A stretch of 64,000 nucleotides of DNA from Eledone cirrhosa (GCA_964016885.1 OZ024741.1:397606001-397670000), one strand, 5' to 3'. Counted from the stretch's first letter, positions 23,723-36,080 are shown. Numbers and translations are program-made. Notes: generated from the sequence alone by a model not told the origin.

Positions 23723-24899
23723 TCATAATCTATAAAGCTCAGTGTGTGGACATGCTCCTTTGTTATAGAAATCTACGATATAGAATTTCTTCAATTGAAA
23801 TTTACAATTCAGTATTCGAAATAGCTTCGATTGCGTCTTGGCACATCTAATTTTTTCAATTTCGCCCAGAATTACGCAAAAAATAGATAAAACTCAATAT
23901 TTTACGATTTTTCTCTCTCATTTAAACTGCTAAACTCTTTCTACTACCATTCAAAATCTATACAACTTCATACTTTCTGCTACTTTCTCTTTCCAAGCTT
24001 GATGGTGATACTGTCCGTTTTACTCTCTCATATCATCTGCTTACCTCTATCTACAACCCACACATTTTGCTACTTTCTCTTTTATACTTCAAACTTACTG
24101 ATTTATTTACAAACACATACAAACACACACTCACTTCAAATGATAAAAAAACATTTAAAGCAATTAAACAACGTGCGTGATTTATAACCACACTAACTTT
24201 TAGTTGCTCAATTATTATATTTCATACTAAACGACAATTATTCAAAAGCAACAGATACATTTATTCAACAACAAGCGATAAATCTTTTTTAAAACCTCTC
24301 AACGAACCTGGATTCTTACAGACTTTGAGTCGAATCGGTTTGAAATTGTGCAAATGTATAAACATGGAACATGTGCACACACACAACAACAACAACAATC
24401 TGCCTTTTATAGATAATGATAAACAATAATATCCTCTATGAGGTCACTAAACCTGCTAGAAACAGCAGCTAACTCTCCCCCATACCACACCCCTCCCTAC
24501 TGTCTTAAATTTAGAAAACATATCTTCTATGAGGTCACTAAACCTGCTAGAAACAGCAGCTAACTCTCCCCCATATCACACCACTCCCTACTGTCTTAAA
24601 TTTAGAAAACACACAGACAACCATGCAGAACAACTCCATCGCAGCTCTGTTGTTCGGCTGGCATCGTCTACATGCGTGTTGCGCAAGTACTGTGAAACAA
24701 TAAATTTCAACACTTTTTTGCACAGAGATAATATCCATAGGCGAAACTACAATTGTCACTGCTGGCACAGCTCATGCTTCCAGGTCTGCAATTCATTCAC
24801 CCAGTGCCTGGCAGACAAAAAAGTGCTGCCATAAAATGGGTGGTGCAACCTAACTTTGGTAACTTAATGACCCCGAGCAACGCCGGGCTTTAATGCTAG
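23723..24899 (+). mobile_element. Non-autonomous Helitron (composite)
   Basis: A|TC start; 3' hairpin cccgagcaacgccggg followed by CTAG|T at 24896-24900. Confidence 0.65.
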
Positions 24900-24957
24900 T
24901 GTATGATATATGTATGTATATTACATATGGTATATATATATATATATGTAATATATA

Positions 24958-25220
24958 TCCAGGGATAACTTGAACCGTTAAGGTATATTCTCCTTGGTTA
25001 TGTCTCTATTTATAAAACACTTTGTGTTTTATCTGATGAAAGCGTACCAAAATTTTGGTACCCTTGAAATATATATAATAGAATAAATATGGTTTTATAA
25101 ATATAGTTTCCATTTATTTAATATCATTGTATATTATACTCCAAAACTGTAGAGTGCTCTGAATCAGTTATAAACATTTATATTTGTTGAATTACCAACA
25201 AATTGAATATCCCTTCTGCT
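24958..25220 (+). mobile_element. Second copy of hammerhead element (family of 626-797)
   Basis: Sequence match; (TA)n flanks. Confidence 0.7.
25025..25085 (+). ncRNA. Minimal type I hammerhead ribozyme motif
   Basis: CTGATGA (25033-39), stem II aagcgtaccaaa/tttggtaccctt, GAAA-TATATA-TA, stem I tgttttat/atagaata. Confidence 0.7.
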
Positions 25221-25265
25221 TATATATATGTGTATGTCATTATCATGATAAATGCATGTATGTGT

Positions 25266-25565
25266 ATATAAAAGAAAAACGAACACAGATATATAGATAT
25301 ATGAGTTCAAATCGTAAGGGATCAGATTCGCTAAGGTGAAAAGAATACTAACTATAGACAATTGAGACAGGCAAACCCAATTGTCTATAGTTAGTATTCT
25401 TTTCACCTTAGCGAATCTGGTCCCTTACGATTTGAACTCATATATCTATATATCTGTGTTCGTTTTTCTTTTATATTCAATTATAATATACGGCTCGGAA
25501 ATATCTCTTTCTTAGAGCTATTTTGTCGTAAGAAACTATTTTGAGTTCCTAACTCAATATATACT
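25266..25565 (+). mobile_element. Fold-back element with 99-bp inverted arms (25266-25364/25378-25476)
   Basis: Near-perfect inverted duplication, 13-nt spacer, TA-rich flanks. Confidence 0.75.
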
Positions 25566-25879
25566 TTTGATATGTGTATATATATATGTATATATATATT
25601 TACACATACATGCATTTATCATGATAATGACATACACATATATATATATTTGCGTGCATCACATATATATATACCATTTATATGTAATATATGTAGACTT
25701 AGCACTTTCCTATAAACAAGTGCTTTTATGCCTCATATCATTGTATATTATTTTATCTGAAGAGAACACAATTTCTGTCCCAGGATGATTTTGTATTCGA
25801 AATACGTATAATAAAATATATGGAACTCTTATAACCATCTTTTATTTCATCTTTATTATATATATATATATATATGTAT

Positions 25880-26137
25880 ATTATGCTGGTACCACAAAAC
25901 ATCCCGCCCCCACTGTAAAGTGATTGTGTAGGGGTCACAACAAAAAGCACCCAGCATACACTGACAATGTGGTTGGGGTTAGGAAGGGCATCCAGTCGTA
26001 GAAAACCAGCCAGAAACACTGCTATATGAGCGAAACATGGTCACCTGACCCAACTTGCCTCTAAATGGGTCAAACCCATCTAACCCATGCTAGCATGGAA
26101 GATAGACGTTAAACGATGATGATGATGATGATGATGA
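25880..26137 (+). mobile_element. RTE 3'-UTR-only fragment with (TGA)n tail
   Basis: Matches RTE 3' UTR. Confidence 0.8.
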
Positions 26138-26564
26138 TATATATGTGTGTGTTTGACATTCAGTTGATCAAACAACTGATTGCTCATTATTAAAATCAAT
26201 AGGGGGTATCCATCAACATCACAACCATCACCACCAGGAACAGATGTCACAGTTGTGGTGATGGTGGTAGTAACAGATGTCACAGTGGTTGTGGTAGTGA
26301 TAGTATTTAGTAGTAATAATGGTGGTGGTGGTAGTGATGGTATTTAGTAGTAATAATCATGGTGGTTGTGGTGTTGTTGTTGGTGGTGGTGGTGGTGGTG
26401 ATGATGGTGTTGGTGGTAGTGGTGGAGAAGGAGGTAAACTGTTGTATTTGGTGTGAAAGTGGTATTCCTTTAGGCAATGATGTCATACAGTTGAATAGTA
26501 AAGATATATACACCCTGTTGTGTATACACAACCATCAGTAGACAGCTATACAATGTATGACAAT

Positions 26565-26731
26565 GAGGGTCAGACGCCATACTTTGCAGCATAGAGTTAC
26601 GACCCTTTATGGTCTGAGTTCAAATCCCGCTGAGGTTATCTCTGCTTTTCATCCTTACGGTGTCAATAAAATAAAGTACCAGTAATGCACTAGGGTAATT
26701 GCTGACCTTGTGCCAAAAGTAGAAACAATTA
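26565..26731 (+). mobile_element. tRNA-derived SINE (family of 58432-58620)
   Basis: tctgagttcaaatcccgc...ttcatccttacggtgtcaataaaataaagtacc. Confidence 0.8.
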
Positions 26732-26841
26732 TATATACATTGTAATAATTCCATCACATAATCTAATATATAAACACACACACATGCATTCACACATACA
26801 CACACACACATATATGTATTTGTGTATGTATGTATATATAT

Positions 26842-28612
26842 ATCATCATCATCATCATCATCTTCGTTTAACATCCATCTTCCACGCTAGCATGAGTTAG
26901 ACGGGATTTGTTCCACTTGAGGCAAGGTTGGTCGGGTGACCGTGTCTTGCTCATATAGGACTATCTGGCAGGTTTTCTACGGCTGGATGCCCCTCCTAAC
27001 ACCAACCACATTTACAGTGTGGACTGGGAACTTTTTACCGTGTTACCTACAGGGCCACATTACAGCGTGGACTGTGTGTTATTTTTTTTTGTCGTGATAC
27101 CTACACGATCTCAATCTCATTATCTCATTTATTTGGACTGAATGTTGTGGTACTGACTTTACAGAGAGAGGGTGGTGTTGGTGGGAGTCGGAGGATGGGG
27201 TAGTGGATTGGGGTGTATATTTGGTTAAGAGGTGCCTACTGACTGTAGGTTTCGCTTTGTACATAGGCAAGGCGGGTCTTCTGTATTACTGCGTAGTGCC
27301 AAAGATCTCAGTCCAGTAACATTGTCTTAGAGAGGTGTAAGTGTGTAAGGTCTGAATTTATCAAGTCGTCCCAGGTTTTTCTGGGTCTACCTACTCCGTA
27401 ACTTCCATCAATTTTGATCGCCCTGCACTTTTTTATACAGCTGTCGTCTTTCATGCACATCATGTGGCCATACCAACGTAGTCTTCTCTCGAGTAAACAG
27501 CATCTGATCCCTCTTATTCCTAATTTCTCCCTTAGTTCATTTATGCTTTGCCGTTCACGTATATTACTATTACACATCCAACGGAGCATGCATGCTTCGT
27601 TCCTTTCCAGTCTGTGCATGTCCTCTGCACACAATGCCCATGTCTCACTGCCATGTAACATTGCTGTTCGTATACAGGCATCATACAATCTGCCTTTCAT
27701 TTTTAGAGAGAACCCTTTTGTGGCCAACAGCGGTATAAGCTCTCTGAACTTTTTCCATCCCGTTCTGACTTTGGCTATTGTACTTTCAGAACACCCTCCA
27801 CCACTGCTGATTTTATCACCTAGGTAACGGAAAGTGTCCACTATTTCTATAGAACCATCTGGGCAATAGAAGGAGCTAGTATCCAGTAGGTACTTGCTGC
27901 TTACTGCACCTGAGCATCGGCCACATATAAAATCTACGTTCTTAGATAGCTTACTTGTGATCCCACTACATCTTTTATGTACCCATAGTTTGCATTTAGG
28001 ACATAAAATGGAGTTTCTGCCTACTCCTTTCCTACACACTGAGCATGGCGATTTCCCTGAGGGCATCTGTGCCCTATTTTCCTTTCTACAAACTAGAACT
28101 TTAGTCTTAGACAAGTTAACTTTAAGGTCTTTTGATTCTAGGCCATGCTTCCATGTTTGGAATTTCTTCTCTAGTTCAGCCATAGATTCAGCTATGAGAG
28201 TTAGATCATCTGCATATAGGAGTTCCCATGGGCAGCCGGTCTTGAACTCCTCTGTTATAGCCTGAAGGGCAATAATAAATAGGAGGCGGCTAAGGACAGA
28301 GCCTTGATGAACGCCAACTTTTACACTAAATTCTTCACAATATTCATTGTTAATTCTAACCTTACTGACTGTTTCATTATACATAGCTTGTATAGCTCTC
28401 ACAAGCCATTCATCTACACCTAGTTTTCTAAGAGCCTACTAGATAATGGAGTGGGGGACTCTGTTAAAGGCTTTCTCCAGGTCTACAAAACTAAGTAGAG
28501 GAGTTTACTTTTAGCTAGGTACTTCTCCTGTAGTTGTCGTACAAGGAAAAGAGTGTCTGTGGTACTTTTACCTGACACAAACCCAAATTGCATTTCATCT
28601 AGATCAATTCGT
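26842..28612 (-). mobile_element. 5'-truncated RTE LINE (ORF 27308-28402, stops upstream)
   Basis: RT motifs, PHD-type finger, 3' UTR, tail. Confidence 0.95.
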
Positions 28613-28667
28613 ATATATATATATATCATGTGATGATATATATATATCATGTGATGATATATATATA

Positions 28668-28829
28668 CAGGTAAAATTCCGTTATAACAAATTTTTCAGT
28701 ATAATGAAATTTTTCTCACTCCCCAGCCACTCATTCGATGTGTTAGGTCCATCTCGTTATAAAGAATTTTTCATTACAATGAATTTGTTTGTATACCCCG
28801 TGAATTTCGTTATAACGGAATTTCACCTG
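28668..28829. mobile_element. Tc1/pogo-type MITE
   Basis: TIR caggtaaaattccgttataac / gttataacggaatttcacctg after TA. Confidence 0.75.
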
Positions 28830-28990
28830 CCCGTCCCCTCAATTTATCTTATTTCTCATTCTTTCTTCTGAGGAAGGACTAGCATCTGAAACGTTAAGAC
28901 CCTCTTCCTGCTATATCAAGCGTTAACCTAATATATCCCTTCCATATACTGTACCGATTGTGTTGTTATTTCTGTTTACCTTTTACATAC
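28830..28990 (+). mobile_element. Hammerhead-bearing Penelope-pLTR-like fragment; inverted partial copy 30211-30293
   Basis: 28905-28988 is the near reverse complement of 30211-30293. Confidence 0.7.
28864..28899 (+). ncRNA. Minimal type I hammerhead ribozyme motif
   Basis: TCTT-CTGAGGA-A-GGA(ctagca)TCT-GAAA-CG-TT-AAGA; palindromic AACGTT. Confidence 0.7.
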
Positions 28991-29007
28991 ATATATATGT
29001 ATATATA

Positions 29008-30199
29008 TATATTAATAAGTGTATTGAATTCTTTTACAATGGAATTAGCTCGAAGGAGGAAAATACCCCTGAGCCGTGTATAAACTAATATATATGATGA
29101 AACACAGATACCAACACATCTGTATATATATTGCAGAAGAAAATTTAGCCAGAATGAAGTATACTAATTATTATACTACAGTTTGTCCATATCGATTTAA
29201 AATAATAAATCAACAAAGACGAACTGCATTGCCAAAAGGCTATGATGTTTAGACACATTTAAATTTCAAAATCAAACCTGTTCCGTAGATAAGTTTAAAC
29301 TTTAAAATCCAAATATGTTTCGAGATAAATAAGTGTAGGAATATCATGTCCTGCTCTCCTCAGTAAACATCCAGGGACAAATTGATATGCTTCACTTCTA
29401 AATAATTTAAAAGACTGTGTGACGCACATGGTTTAACAGTTTCTAGCTAGTCTCATAACCGTACTGCTAGAAATAACAGTCGTATATATGAGGCGGCTTT
29501 CAGCTCAGACTAGGAGCAGTTATATTAATAAGTGTATTGAATTCTTTTACAATGGAATTAGCTCGAAGGAGGAAAATACCCCTGAGCCGTGTATAAACTA
29601 ATATATATGATGAAACACAAATTTTCTTTTGCAATATATATACAGATGTGTTGGTATCTGTGTTTCATCATATATATTAGTTTATACACGGCTCAGGGGT
29701 ATTTTCCTCCTTCGAGCTAATTCCATTGTAAAAGAATTCAATACACTTATTAATATAACTGCTCCTAGTCTGAGCTGAAAGCTGCCTCATATATACGACT
29801 GTTATTTCTAGCAGTACGGTTATGAGACTAGCTAGAAACTGTTAAACCATGTGCGTCACACAGTCTTTTAAATTATTTAGAAGTGAAGCATATCAATTTG
29901 TCCCTGGATGTTTACTGAGGAGAGCAGGACATGATCTTCCTACACTTATTTATCTCGAAACATATTTGGATTTTAAAGTTTAAACTTATCTACGGAACAG
30001 GTTTGATTTTGAAATTTAAATGTGTCTAAACATCATAGCCTTTTGGCAATGCAGTTCGTCTTTGTTGATTTATTATTTTAAATCGATATGGACAAACTGT
30101 AATATAATAATTAGTATACTTCATTCTGGCTAAATTTTCTTTTGCAATATATATACAGATGTGTTGGTATCTGTGTTTCATCATATATATTAGTTTATA
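29008..30199. mobile_element. Head-to-head pair of >1-monomer copies of a 513-nt non-coding unit (retrozyme-like)
   Basis: Direct repeat period 513 in both arms (29011/29524; 29619/30132); arms are reverse complements; hammerhead-like core at 29910-29971 (+) and 29307-29368 (-). Confidence 0.75.
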
Positions 30200-30430
30200 T
30201 ATATATATATATGTAAAAGGTTAACAGAAATAATAACACAACCGGTACAGTATATGGAAGGGATATATTAGGTTAACGCTTGATATAGCAGGAATATACA
30301 TACTAGTGTCCGAAAAAATATTAGGACTCTTTTCCTTTAATTTCAAGGATTAAACTAATATATTTCTTCATTGTATTGTGTCATTTACTTTGTTATTTCT
30401 GTTTACATTTTACACACATACATATATGTG

Positions 30431-30469
<39 letters not shown>

Positions 30470-30473
<4 letters not shown>

Positions 30474-30708
30474 AGGATGACCGATGGGTGAAGAAGTGCC
30501 AGGAAATGCCAGTTGAAGGAAGACGTGGTGGAGGTAGACCACAAAAAACATGGGCGGAGGTGGTGCGAACAGACCTCAGATCATTGAAGCTCACGGTGGA
30601 GATGACGAAGGACCGTGACGAGTGGAGAGATGCTGTGCTGAATAAGACTCATCCCACCCTTGCAAGCAGGGAAAAGCGGACGTAAAATGATGATGATGAT
30701 GATGATGA
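30470..30708 (+). mobile_element. 3' fragment of a second RTE family
   Basis: MEDDRWVKKC...GRRGGGRPQKTWAEVV...DRDEWR and (TGA)n tail. Confidence 0.85.
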
Positions 30709-30771
30709 TATATATACAACATACAAAAATGCATACATGTATGCATACACATATACATACTTCGGTGCATA

Positions 30772-30821
<50 letters not shown>

Positions 30822-30863
30822 CATACTTGGATGCATATATATATACATATATACATACTTGGA

Positions 30864-30911
<48 letters not shown>

Positions 30912-31084
30912 TATATAGACACATAGAATGTTTATAAAACATTATATTTCAAAAGATTAATGATTCTATAGGGACTATGAAAATTTCCTTTTCTTTACAA
31001 CCTTGCCACCAGGAAGGTCGCCAGTCAAAAATAGACACAAAATTAAGAGAGGCAATATACATACATAACATACATACATATATA

Positions 31085-31982
31085 CGAGGTGTGTCAGAAA
31101 AGTTCCAGGACTGATGTCACAAAAGGTTTATTTCAAACCCAAACTTAACACTAAGAGTTTTCTCCTTCAAAGTAATCCCCCTGGAGTCTAATGCACTTTT
31201 CCATCCTTTTCTGCCACGTTTGCATGCACTCCTGGAAGGATTCTTCCAGGATCCTCCACAGTTCCGTCGTCACGGCCTTTTTGATGTCGTTCACGTCTTC
31301 AAAGCGGGTCCCCTCCAGGTCGTACTCGAAGATCCATGACTCATCACCGGTGATGACTGTCCCTAGCAAGTCTGGTTCGGTTTCAAGATGCTCGAGGATG
31401 TCCTGGCACACTTGCATGCGTCGACCCTTCTGGCCATCGTTCAGCAGTTTTGGCACCATCTTCGCACAGACTTTCCACATGTCCAAATCTTCAGTGAGAA
31501 TCTTCCAGACGCTGTCCCGATTCATGCCCAGCTCATTTGCCATCAGTCGAACAGTCAGCCGACGACCGCTACACACCATCTGCCTGACGCGCTCAACGTT
31601 GACCTCAGTCCTGGTTGTTGAGGGCCTTCCACGACCTCGCGTCCTTCTTTAAACCTCCTGCACCACTCAAAAACACATGAGCGTGACATCGTCTCATCTC
31701 CATACACTTGCTGCAGCAATCCCAGTGCTTCTGATGGAGTTTTCCCCAAGCGTACCAGGAACTTCAAGTTTGTTCGTTGCTCTGTGCTCATTGCTTGACG
31801 ACCTAAAACAGAGGACATGTATATAAAATTATGAAGAAAAAAGTTTGATCGCTGCAGAGAGCTAAGATTACAGTTACATACTCCAGGAGGATTACTTTGA
31901 AGGAGAAAACTCTTAGTGTGAAGTTTGGGTTTGAAATAAATTTTTTGTGACATCAGTCCTGGAACTTTTCTGACACACCTTG
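31085..31982 (-). mobile_element. Internally deleted mariner transposon with ~103-bp TIRs and TA TSD
   Basis: TA|cgaggtgtgtcagaaaagttcc...ggaacttttctgacacaccttg|TA. Confidence 0.9.
31151..31791 (-). pseudogene. Mariner transposase remnant (HTH N-terminus, first catalytic D, C-terminus; core deleted, frameshifted)
   Basis: EQRTNLKFLVRLGKTPSE, VFEWCRRFKEGRE, KVCAKMVPKLL, VITGDESWIFEYD fused to LEGTRFED...GDYFEG. Confidence 0.9.
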
Positions 31983-32809
31983 TACATACATAACTACTTA
32001 CGTACATATATACATGCATATGCACACACATATCTATCTATGTATCTCATTTCATATTTTTTATCCATAACATCTCTGTCTGACGACCAATCCAGACGTA
32101 TATTATTATTGTCTGGTATCCAGAAACCTGAAAGTGTTTGAGTAGTTATATTTTGTGTTGTTCACTTTCTAATTAAATATATATATATATACACTCACAT
32201 ACACACAGACACACATACATATATATACACACACACACATATATAAATACACACATGCACTCACATATCACAAATCAAGTCTAGCATACTTGAGGTGATG
32301 AGTTGAAAATAGTTGTTAATTAATTGAAATTAAATACAGAATGAGAAAAAAGTCATTAGCGATAATGAAAATATCTCAGAAGGGGTGATGGATAATTTGT
32401 AATCAACCAAAAATTAATTATTTAATGAAGATATTCAAGGAGAGCAGTTTGATTTTTGGTAGCTATGGTGACAACTCTGGACATGTTTCTGTCCTATTGG
32501 ACCTCCTTAGCGAACTCATAGCTGCAATGATCTCAGAGTGACTAATAGAGGTTTTTCTTGTTTGTTTATTTTGTGTGTGAAGAACAATCATTCGCTGATT
32601 AGTCAATTAAAAAATCCTAACATAGGAACATTTCCCAGGGGTGCCTTCTACATAAAGATCACATAGCTATGTCAAGCTACCATATTTACAATTGACGTCA
32701 ATTTTATATATACATCCTATTTATTATGTTGACATCAATTCTATATATACACCCTGTTTATTATGTTGACAGATCAATTCTATATATAGAAACAATCTGT
32801 CAATCCTAC

Positions 32810-33310
32810 TGGTGTCCGGACCGGGGGAGTTTTCCCGTGTTGTGAAGGCCTATGATTTTGGCTTGATTTATACAGCTGGATGCCCTTCTTAACACATTTA
32901 CAGTGAGTGCTGGGTGCTTTTTTTCTGTGACGCCTACACATCCACTTTGCAGTGGGAGGGGGTGGAGGCATATTGTCTATATGCTTCAGCTTCGGCTTGT
33001 ACCCGTGGGGGGTCGATTCTTCTGTATTACTGTGTGACGCCAGCGGTCATGGTCATGTGTCATCGCCTTTGAGAGGTGTAATTGGGTAAGGTCGGCTTTT
33101 ATCACCTCATCCCAGGTCTTCTTAGGTCTCTCCAATCCGTGGCTTCCATCAACTTCTAGTGCTCTGCATCTTTTTATGCAGCTGTCATCCTTCATACGCA
33201 TCACATGTCCATACCAACGCTACCTCCTCTCCTGCAAACAGCATTTGATTCCTCTTATGCTCAGTCTCTCTCTCAATTCATTTATGCTTTGCCATTCGTG
33301 TATATTACTA
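32810..33310 (-). mobile_element. RTE subfamily B 3' fragment
   Basis: MRMKDDSCIKRCRALEVDG...KTWDEVIKADL plus partial 3' UTR. Confidence 0.85.
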
Positions 33311-34169
33311 TTATAATATGTAGAATGTTATTAAGTTGGGCATTTGTCTAATCTGTAGAGTCTTTTGTTCGTTATATAAATGATATTAAGTTATTTTATT
33401 TGACAAAGCTGTTTATACAAAAACAAAACACACTATTAGAGGGAACAAAAAAAAAAAAAAAGGAAATGAAAAGAAGAAAAAAAAACAAAAAAATCAAGCA
33501 ATGAAAGAAAGTGTGAGAGGGAGAGACAGGGACAGACATTACACCCCTGTCTGGTGTTTCAGCTGTTCCCCCCCCCACCGCAGACAAAATATCAAAGTCA
33601 TTACCAGAGAGACCTGCTACATCAGCCACACCCACTTCACAGGGCTTTCTCTTCAAGCAGGCTGCTGTCTTTCCAACTTTACTCTAAACACTAAGCTATG
33701 AATTTCATGAGCCATAAATATAATTTTTAATCAATTATTTAAAATAAGAAATAGATAAGACCATCCCTTAGGGGCTAGACAAGAAAAACAGTTTTCTATT
33801 CACAGCTATCCCAGCATTCCCAGCTATCCCAGCAGGCCACTCTCATCTAGGAAAGAAATAGAAGAAGAAAATTATTTATAGTAGTTTTATCTGAAATAAA
33901 ATCTTTAATTATACAAATATCTCTTGTGAGATATTTGTATTTTTTTAAATATCTGCTTTGCTTATTATTAAATCAATCAGGCTTGAAATAGATTTCTTAT
34001 CGATAACTATTTTGTATGCATATTTGTGTATATGTGTGAGTATGTGTGTGTGTATAAATACATATGTATGTGTATATATGTATGTATATATATATTTATA
34101 CACACACACACACACATATATATATATGTGTATATATATAGTGTTTATATGTATATATATATATATATA

Positions 34170-34330
34170 TCATCATCTTCGTTTAATATCCATTTTGCCA
34201 AACAAGCATGAGTTAGATGAATTGTCCCACTGAGACAAGTCAGATCAGATGACCATGTTTTGCTCATACAAAACCATTTCTGGCTTGGATGACCTTCCTA
34301 ATGCCAACCACACTTACAGAGTGTATTTTA
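34170..34330 (-). mobile_element. RTE 3'-UTR-only fragment
   Basis: Tail and 3' UTR similarity. Confidence 0.6.
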
Positions 34331-34434
34331 CTATAACATTAGCTCTAGGGAGGTTGTTATGCCTCACACAGCTGAAGGGTTCTCCTAACCCCTAGGCTAT
34401 GGTAAATGACACTTGTCCAAGAGAAAGACAAGGT

Positions 34435-34656
34435 TTAACCCTTTAGCATTTAAACCGGCCATATCCGGCTAGAATTCTCTCACCTCTTTCTGACCACTCA
34501 TAATGATGTTAAGGTATTGTTCCCAAAATAAATAACATCAAAATCTCATAGATTCGATATTATGTGAGATAATTATGTAAGATAATTATGTAAGATAAAG
34601 CCTTTACCATGAAAATATGAAAGTATATATAGAGCAATATAACTGTTAAAGGTTAA
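34435..34656. mobile_element. piggyBac-type MITE
   Basis: ttaaccctttagcattt...aaaggttaa; matches 15086-15314. Confidence 0.75.
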
Positions 34657-34867
34657 TGTATCAGTAATGTCTTGGGCAAATTCTTAATAAAAACGTCTCA
34701 CAATTCTGTTATTCCACTACCCTTAACTGGTACTTTAGCAACATTGAAACGATAAAAGGAAAGTTGACTTCGGTGAGATTTAAATTCAAATAGCAAGAAG
34801 CCAGAACAATTAGTGCAAGACATCCATTTCTCGAGCTGTATTGATTATGAATATTAACAATATAGTT

Positions 34868-35385
34868 ATTGAATTGAGAGATCACAGCTCCAATATTATG
34901 GACATGTGGTTAGAATGTCTCAAGAAAGGCTCGCTAGAAAAATAAAGTGCGAAACGTGGAGATCAAAGAGTCACTCTAGGTAGAGCTGCTACTTCTCTGA
35001 ATTGAGAGATCACAGTTCTGATATTACGGGCATGTGGTTAGAATGTCACAAGAAAGAATCGCTGGACAGATTTTAAGGGCAAAACCAACCGGCAGGAGAC
35101 CCAGGGTAGACCCTGAGCAACATGGTTGGATAACATCCATGAGCTCAGTTAGTCTCGCTTGTGGATCTAGCTAGGTGGAAAGGTATAAACAGGTAGGAGA
35201 CTCAGGCGTTGACCTTGAGCAAGATGGTTTGATAACATCCATGAGCTTGGCTGGTCTCACTTAGGTATCCAGCTGGATCAAGTGAAGTCAGTAGCTTCTG
35301 ACATGATCTGCTGGAAGGAGTGTTTGAGGACTCTGTCTCCACAACCCTCTCAACAATATGTAGGCAAAGGGTGAAGAACAAGAAC
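34868..35385 (+). mobile_element. Decayed Rex3/Expander-like RTE 3' region with internal duplications
   Basis: IERSQ..YYGHVVRMSQERIAGQILRAKPTGRRPR...TWLDNI. Confidence 0.7.
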
Positions 35386-35746
35386 AACACTCCCTTGCCG
35401 TCCTCTGGGGAAACGCCTTCTCCATTCTGTCCACCGGGGCTGTGGGGAGGCCACCAATATGATTGACTGACTTGTCATTTTATCAGTCAGTTGTTCTAAT
35501 GATTCTATATATATATATACACACACGTTCATATATATATATATATACACGTTCATATATATATACGTTCATATATATATATATACGTTTATATATATAT
35601 ATATATATATGTTTATATATATATATATATGTTCATATATATATATATATATACGTTCATATATATATATATATATACGTTCATATATATATATATATAC
35701 GTTCATATATATATATATATATACGTTCATATATATATATATATAA

Positions 35747-36080
35747 TGGAGGCACATGGCTTAGTGGTTAGAGCATTGGCCTTGCAATCGAAAGGTTGTG
35801 AGTTCAAATCTCAGACCGGGTGATGTGTTGTTTCCTTGAGCAAGACACTTTATTTCACATTGCTCCAGTTTACTCAGCTGTAGAAATGAGATGATAGGGA
35901 CTGGGGTCCCTATCATTCCACTGCAAAGTGGTCGTGGAGGTGCCATGGTAAAAAAGCACCCAGCACTCACTGTAAATGAGGTTGGTGTTAGGAAGGGCAT
36001 CCAGCTGTAGAAATCAAGCCAGAATCAGTTCCCATCCCACCCTTGCAAGCAGGGAAAAGCAGACGTAAAATGATGATGAT
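35747..36080 (+). mobile_element. tRNA-CORE SINE with RTE-derived 3' tail, inserted in a (tatatacgttca)n array
   Basis: tggcttagtggttagagc A-box, gagttcaaatc B-box, ccttgagcaagacactttatttc CORE-like segment, RTE-type 3' end. Confidence 0.8.

Noticed and set aside
32459-32600. Hairpin GTAGCTATG/CATAGCTGC as possible CR4/5 or H/ACA partner of the 10021-10227 RNA
   Set aside because: No recognisable P6.1 and no ANANNA box H
33396-33860. Unique segment with short ORFs and an acceptor-like ttttctattcacag
   Set aside because: No recognisable homology or consistent exon structure
35747-35822. tRNA gene
   Set aside because: No proper cloverleaf, and it continues into CORE and LINE tail: SINE head
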